Source: the human T2T-CHM13v2.0 reference genome, Homo sapiens. Taken from it: a stretch of 64,000 bases of DNA. Shown here piece after piece: positions 55,210-64,000 of the stretch (positions are counted from its first letter, which is position 1; the number at the start of each line of letters is the position of its first letter). Location: NCBI RefSeq assembly GCF_009914755.1, contig NC_060927.1. One strand, 5' to 3'. The translations under genes and the position numbers were made by a program. The notes under the pieces are model-generated. The model saw only the letters and a program-made list of their open reading frames with translations. It was not told the origin of the DNA and ran no database searches.

Positions 55210-56310
55210 GTAGCACCCCTCTAACTACTGGACTTGGGATTCTCTACATTCTTAAAAATTCCTGAAGACCGAAAAGGACCTTGGTTTATATAAGTTACCA
55301 CATCAGGATTAAAACAGAAAACTTCAAAGTACTTATTCAGAATTATTTACACAATAATAAAGCCATTACATGTTAATATACATAACATTTTAATGAAAAT
55401 AACTTTTCAAAAACAAGACAAAACTTAGAGGAATACCTCTGTTTTACATTTTTACAAATCTCTTCAATTATCTAACTTAATAGAAGACAACTGGATTCTC
55501 ATATCTACTTCTGCAGTCAATCTGATGTGATCTGCCCTTGGTTAAAGTATATTTAAAAATCCATATTCACACAGATATTCTGCTGGAAAGGGGAGGCATA
55601 TTTCAATATTCTCTTCAGGTAGTTATGGACATTCCTCTGATAGTTCATCAAACTCAACAAGTATATTGTTTCTTAATAGTTGCAACGTAGAATCTGAAAC
55701 CATTCCAAATGAACATTTTACACATTGTTACATCAAAATCCATTTGTCTACTATGCACTTTGAATGGATCTCTCACATTTTTGGAATGTATGTGTTCACA
55801 GGGTATTAGAGCTTTTCCAAATGTCACATTTCATTAAACAATATCAAAAATTTTTTTTAATCACACTTGTTAATAATATCACCAACAATCTCATAAGTCC
55901 AAGTATTGAGAAACTGTCAAAGTCAGGTTAGCAGATGCAAGTTTTCCAAAATTCTAAGTTTTGCCTGAAAGTCTGAATTATTATCATGGGTAACAAACAC
56001 TATCAGTTGTTTTTCTTGAAGTGACAAGTTCACTTCATTCATTTTTGACAAAATATCTGTCAAATGCCCAAGTATGATTAACCAAGTCTGTCATTTTTTC
56101 TTTCAGGTAAAAATGGTGTTCCGTGAAAATAACAGCTAGTTGAGTTCACAATTCAGGCAATTAACCAGTGATTTTTCTCCAAACAATCATTCTATTTGGA
56201 TATGCAGCAGAAATGTTTTTACAAATGCTTATTTTGTCATTCAGAATATTAAAGCAATACACAAAGGCAAAAATTTAATAAGATAACTAGTTTTTACTGC
56301 TTCATCAAAG
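55210..56310. mobile_element. Charlie1-type hAT transposon fragment
   Basis: ccattacatgttaatata...ggattctcatatctacttctgca...gctgaaagtctgaatt-like Charlie1 sequence. Confidence 0.7.
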
Positions 56311-56797
56311 TGCTCTTTGTGTATACAGATTTGTTTCTTGGTACCCTCAATTCTATAAGCTAGCAAAATAGATGATATTTAATATTTTCTATAAAAATAT
56401 TTATATCCCACAGCTAAAGTCTTACTACCCAGCTCATCCTGGAGAATTCACTGATGACGTGCACTAAATAAGTAGCAAAATAAGAAATAAATCTTTCACA
56501 ACTTTACATAGGGAGACTGACTGTACGTAACAGGTGATAGACATGTCATACACTTCAAATACAACTAAGGCTTCTAAACTTCTCCAAGAACAGAAATCCC
56601 AATAACACCAACAGCTAAATAACATATATAATTAATTACATATTTGAAATCTTCACCCTTGTTATGTATGATATATACTTGGCAAATAAACATAAATCTA
56701 AAGAATCAAATACAAGAATAAGACATATGTCAGTCAATGATTTTTTTAAATTCTCAATACATTAAGCCCCAAAGAACATCTGCAAACAATCAGGTTA

Positions 56798-57184
<387 letters not shown>

Positions 57185-58067
57185 TTAAGAGCTTAACCTC
57201 CTGGTCAAGCACATGTCCTTTCCTCCCCCACTGGATTATAAAAACCATAAGCATAGGGATTTGAGTGGGAGGAAGGGAAGGTTAAGCAACCCCAGAGGGA
57301 AAAGAAGAAGAAACTAGGTGCACGTAGACTTTTTAATTTCCCAAATACAAAACAAAATATTATACACCAAAATACGAAAGACACACTTCTCCAACGTTTC
57401 CCATTTAACACTATCATGGACACTACCAAACCAATATTCCAATAAAATTTTAAAAATCAAGGTTTATAGGTGAAATGGTGAAGTTAGTTTTAGTTTAATA
57501 CATTATTTGATAAAAATATAAAGTAACTCAACAAATAAACTTTAACCAATAGGCTTTCGTTTGGCTAATTCTTTAAAGATTTATTTTCAGTATAATTTTA
57601 TTTAATAGCAGGCACACACAAACATCTCATTTGATCCCTTGGTCTCTTCACTCCATTTTCAGCCTTCTAATATTTTTATGCAAATGGAAATATATATATT
57701 CTTACAAAAAAGATAGCATTCATTACACACTTACTGTTTTATATATAACTTGCTTTTTTCACTTAAACTACATTTTTAAGTAATTTATCAAATTAATCTG
57801 TAAACAGTAGGAAAATCCAAGGTTACAGAAGTGCCCCCAAATAAGCAAGCATTCCTCCCATTCCCACTTCCACTCATGAGATATAATTACATTCTGTTGT
57901 GTCTTGTAACTCTTTAGTTGCTAGAGTTGCCATTATAACTTTAAATACTTTATTTTATGTCTTGGTTTATCAATTTTAAACAGTATCTTTCCACAAAAAG
58001 AAAAGAATTTTCTCCAACACACCCATATCCTTTCATTTACAATCTCTCTTCCACATCTCAGTGTTAT

Positions 58068-58107
<40 letters not shown>

Positions 58108-58136
58108 GTGTATATATACACATATATATATATATA
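58068..58136. repeat. (TA)n(CA)n(TA)n microsatellite at the tail of a minus-strand Alu (58140-58434)
   Basis: Directly visible. Confidence 0.92.
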
Positions 58137-59846
58137 ATTTTTTTTTTTCTTTTGAGACAGGGTCTCGCTCTGTCGCCCAGGCTGGGTGCAGTGGCAATCT
58201 TGGCTCACTGCAACCTCCGCCTCCCAAGTTCAAGCAATTCTCATGTCTCAGCCTCCCTGGCAGCTGGGATTATAGGCGTCCACCACTACGCTCAGCTAAT
58301 TTTTATATTTTAAGTAGAGACCAGGTTTCTCCATGTTGGCTAGGCTGGTCCCAAACTTCTGGCCCCAAAAGATAACCACCCACCTGGGCCTCCCAAAATG
58401 CTGGGATTATAGGTGTGAGCCACTGCACCGGGCCTATATTTTTTTGTATCAAGGTGCATAACATTTACATTCCATTCAATATTTATAATAAAGCCTTCTA
58501 AGCTCTGTCCTCTGGTTAATTCTAAAACTGAAAACTCATATTAAAAAGCATCTGAAGTACTAGAATTAAATACTGTATTGTCTGTGCAGAACCAATAATT
58601 AAAATTGGACCATCTGAATCAATGTCACCAAATCCCTACTGCTCACAAGAGACTATTTCAAACGCTAAAGTAAAGTATATCCCTCTATTAATTTATTATC
58701 AAGGGTGTTTTCCCCTAGTTTGTCTGAGTGATGTTCAGATCATATTATTCCTTTCTCATTTTCATTTAAGAAGGCCTTGAGAAATATGCTTCACGATGAA
58801 TATATGGGTGATAAAGAAAACCTTTTCATGTTCAAAAATCATTTTACTCGATACGTATTTTGGATAGATACCTTCTCTCAGGTACTGCGCCATGGCCTTT
58901 AAGAATCTAGTGCTGTTGACCAGAAGCCTAATACCCACCAGGTTTTTGTTTCTTTGTTTTTCCACTTCTGGCTCAATAATTTCATCAAGATGTGTCTAGA
59001 TGTATGTCTTTTATTATTCCTTCAAGACTCCCAGTAGACCTTTACAACATGACTCAAGTATAATGAAAATAAAATGAACCTGTTCAAAAGTAATAAAATT
59101 ATAACCAGAAACCAAGAGCAAACATACTAAAGTGTAAAACACTAAAGATTTCACTTGTTACGCGAGCTGCAAGATTCCACTGTCTATAGGAAAATCCATC
59201 AATTTGAATGTGGAGCTAATGTAATGAAAACAGAACAAAAAAACAAAATTATCTTTATTTGCAGATGATGTGACAGTGTACCTAGAATGACAGATTCATC
59301 CAATTAGCACACACACACACACACACACACAAAACACATTCATTTGGCCAGGCGTGGTGGCTCACACCTGTAATCCCAGCTACTTGGGAGACTGTGGCAG
59401 GGAGAATTGCTTGAACCCAGAAGGCGGAGGTTGCAGTGAGCCAAGACCACGCCACTGCACTCCAACCTGAGTGACGAAGCGAGACACTGTCTCAAAAAAA
59501 AACAAAAACAAAACAAAACAAACAAACAGATTCATTTGAAGGCAGCCAATTACAAGATAAATTAAAACCAATAGCTTTTCTTTAAGCAGTAACAGGCCAG
59601 GAATGGTGATAATCCTACAACTTTGGTAGACCAAGGCTGGAGGATGGCTTGAGGATAGGATTTTGAGACTAGCCTAGGCAACACAGAAAGACCTCGTTTA
59701 CAAAAAAAAAAAAAAAAAAGAATAAATAAAAAGGAAAAATGGTATATAAAAATGGATTAGGAATATGAACCATGGCTGGGCACAGTGGCTCACGTCTGTA
59801 ATCCCAATACTTTGGGAGGCCGAGGCGGGCAGATCACTTGAGGTCA

Positions 59847-60053
<207 letters not shown>

Positions 60054-60443
60054 TCAAAAAAAAGATGATGAACCAAGTAATTCCCTTACGTAAAAATACC
60101 AATGGCCAATAACTAAAGGGACACTCTCACTAGATATTCAACAAATGGAATTTAAGACCCATCAGATTAGCAAAACAAATTTTTTTAATGGACCGTACAT
60201 GAGATTTAATTTTTCTTTCCATAAATTTTTTTAAATTCACATTTAAAACTAGTAAAGATAGGGAGACACAGACACTTTTGTACTTCCTACTTGGGAATGT
60301 AAATTGCCCAAAACTTTGGAGAGTAAACTAGCAAGAATTCATTTACAAATTTTTCAGCATACATTTGGTGCAGCAATATGACTTCTGTGTATCTACTCAA
60401 CAGAAACAAAACCAACAAAATATAAAGTCAAGAACGTTTGGGG

Positions 60444-60954
60444 TTTTTAAAGAAGACACGTTCGCAGGTACTGGGGAGCTCTGGTCAACCCACTCCTGCT
60501 CCTGACTCACATTATGTTCCTGAGTCATTGATGTTTGGTGTCACTGAGGAACAAGTTGATCAGGAAGCAATACCATAGCCATGCTTCTAAAGATACTGGA
60601 AAGAACCAGAGGTGGAGATTTGACAAATCGGAATTATGCTAAGCAGTCGCAATGTAAAATCGCCGAAGATGATGTGTGCTGGCTTGAACAGAGGCGCAAA
60701 GGAAAGGAATCTTAAAAGGACCAGTTCAGATGCCTAAGACTTTGAGAATCACTACAAGAAAAACTCACGGTGAAGGTCCTAAAACACGGGATCGCTTCCA
60801 GTTGAGAATCTAAAAGCAACTCATAGACTTGGAGAATCCTTCTAAGATTGTTAAACAGATTACTTCCATCACTACTGCATTAGTAATTGAGGCTGAAGTT
60901 ACCACTGGAGATGCTTAACTATTTAATAAACTGATTACGAGTTGGGTTTAAAAA
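60444..60954 (+). pseudogene. Processed RPS20 (uS10) pseudogene
   Basis: Intronless; RPS20-like 5' UTR (ctcctgctcctgactcac...gaggaacaagt), ATG 60581, degenerate frameshifted fragments (KDTGK, SRNVKS, RGAKE, GPV, LRITTRK, IVKQITSI), TAA 60916, AATAAA 60925. Confidence 0.9.
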
Positions 60955-61693
60955 GTGTTTACTGTTCAAACCGGGAAAAACAAAGAATCTGAAAGCAAAA
61001 AAGAAATGGCTGATTACCATGGAATATTATAATGATATTATGAACAACGAGTTACAATTACAAAGTCCCATGCAACAGATGTCGGTAAAATATTAAGAAA
61101 GCAGGGACTGGGCGCAGTGGCTCACGCCTGTAATCCCAGCACTTTGTGAGGCGGGGGCAGAGGTGGGCAGATCACCCGAGGTCAGGAGAGACCAGCCTGG
61201 CCAACATGGCGAAACCTCGTCTCTACTCAAAATACAAAAGTTAGGGCCGGGCGCGGTGGCTCACGCCTGTAATCCCAGCACTTTGGGAGGTCAAGGAGGG
61301 CGGATGACGAGGTCAGGAGATCCAGACCATCCTAGTTAACACGGTGAAACCCCGTCTCTACTAAAAATACAAAAAATAAATTAGCCAGGCGTGGTGGCGG
61401 GCGCCTATAGTCCAGCTACTCAGGAAGCTGGGGCAAGAGAATAGCGTGGACCCGGGAGGCGGAGCTTGCAGTGAGCTGAGATCGCACCACTGCACTCCAG
61501 CCTCGGCGACAGAGCGAGACTCCGCCTCTTAAAAAAAATACAAAAAATACAAAAATTAGCCGAGCGTGGTGGCGGTTGCAGTCAGCCGAGATCGCACCAC
61601 TGCACTCCAGCCTGGGCAACAAGAGCGAAACTCCACCTCAAAAAATAAAAAATAAAGCAAGCCCAATGCGGTGGCTAATGTATGTAATCCTAG

Positions 61694-62031
61694 TGAGACA
61701 GCCAAATAAAAAGGGCTCCCAAGAAAATCTACGAGTGGCCTGCGCACTGGGATGAGGATGGGGTGGAGCCGCGAAGTTTGCGCCATTTGCCGGGGGGAAG
61801 AACCTGACCCCTCCTGTTCCCATTTGCAGCGGGGAAGAGCCTGACCCCTCCTGTTCCGGGATAGTAACCTGGAATTCAATTGGTGAGATGGGCAGCCTGT
61901 TAGCAGGACTCCATCTCACTTTGCTGTGTTGTTCTTTTCGCCGGCTAAGTTCATAACCCCTTACCTTTCAAAGTGTCTGCGTGCCTAATCTTTACCTGCC
62001 GTATGACAAGAACCCGGTTTTGTCTACAACA
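61694..62031 (+). mobile_element. ERV1 solo LTR (MER61/MER83-like), copy 1, inserted in an Alu
   Basis: TG...CA termini (tgagacagcc...ctacaaca) with 4-bp TSD ctag/ccag interrupting Alu tgtaatc|ccagcactttggg. Confidence 0.8.
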
Positions 62032-62523
62032 CCAGCACTTTGGGAGGCCAAGGCGGGCTGATTGCTTGAGCTCAGGGGTTTGAGACCATCCTGGGCAACA
62101 TAGTGAAACCCTGGTCTCTACCAAAAACACGAAAATTAACCAGGCGTGCCTGTTATCCCAGCTACTTGGAAGGCCGAGACACAAGAATCGCTTGAACCCA
62201 GGAGGCGGAAGCTAGTGAGCCGAGATTGCGCCACTGCACTCCACCCTGGGAGCAAGACTCCGTCTCAAAAAAAAGAAAACACACTGTTGTTTTAATATCA
62301 CATTGTCATGTTTTCGGAAGGATAAAACCCATTTGTGAGTTTGTGTTTATATGAACACAAAATATAGAAGGATATATAAGTTAGTCTGTTTCAACGAAGA
62401 TCATGTTTCTCTAGAGAGATTAAAGATCTATTAATTCAATATAACATTAAATATAAAAGATAACTGATAATTCATTAAGGGTGAAATAGTGACATTTTAG
62501 TCCATTCTTCAAAACCACAATCA

Positions 62524-63144
<621 letters not shown>

Positions 63145-63251
63145 CCAGCACTTTGGGAGGCCAAGGTGGGCGGATTGCCTGAGCTCTGGGGTTTGAGACC
63201 AGCCAGGACAACATGGTGAAACCCTGGTTTCTACCAAAAACACGAAAATTA

Positions 63252-63386
<135 letters not shown>

Positions 63387-64000
63387 TCAAAAAAAAAAAA
63401 AAAAAAAACCCACAAACCTACAATCAATTCTTGTTTTAAGTAGATACAACTTTAATAAAAAAGCAAGTAACATTTTTGAAAAAGCATTTCACAAGGTCAG
63501 CTACCTACAGAAGATGGTTCAAAATTTTCCTAACCATTTTCCCATTTTCTAAAACTGAACTGGTAGGCACAGTAAAAAAAAAAAAAAAAAAGTACTAACA
63601 TTTTTACTGCTTTACAATCATTACATTATATAATCAAATTAACTGATTTTTTGAAATCTTAAATTCAGGAAAAAGAAATACTACACAGCTTAAAATTCTA
63701 ATTGTGAATTTCAATCAGCCAAAGCAGGGGGAAACCGAGAAATTTTAAATTAGGTAGAAAACTGTACAGGAATTAGGCCGGCACAGTGGCTCACGCCTGT
63801 AATCCCAGCACTTTGAGAGGCCGAGGCGGACGAATCACGAGATCAGGAGATCGAAACCACCCTGGCTAACACGGGGTTTTCTCTACTAAAAATACAAAAA
63901 ATTAGCCAGGCGTGGTGACTGGCACCTGTAGTCCCAGCTACTCGGGAGGCTGAGGCAGGAGAATGGCATGAACCCGGGAGGCGGAGGTTCCAGTGAGCTG

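Overview
Human genomic DNA covering the 5' half of SLC4A7 (NBCn1/NBC3, electroneutral Na+/HCO3- cotransporter), transcribed on the minus strand. I mapped 16 coding exons with consistent reading phases, from the alternative MERFRLEKKLP first exon (ATG 54785) to the TM-domain exon at 1281-1526. These include optional cassettes I (13 aa, GC donor), II (124 aa, GC donor, calcineurin PTVVIH motif) and IV (20 aa). The upstream MEAD first exon and the 3' exons lie outside the window. Codon 326 reads AAG (Lys), the known E326K allele. Introns are dense with Alus, L1, a Tigger2, three Hsmar1/MADE1 MITEs, MLT, Charlie, MER elements and an RPS20 processed pseudogene. The most unusual structure is an Alu::ERV1-LTR composite present three times: two direct copies at 61.7-63.4 kb and an inverted copy at 40.0-41.5 kb. 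The inverted copy is a circularly permuted mosaic of the other two, bounded by a single target-site duplication (TSD). This pattern fits excision of a ~1.15-kb DNA circle and Alu-mediated reintegration. That copy also carries two perfect CRE sites. Repeat coordinates and subfamily names are read by eye and approximate.
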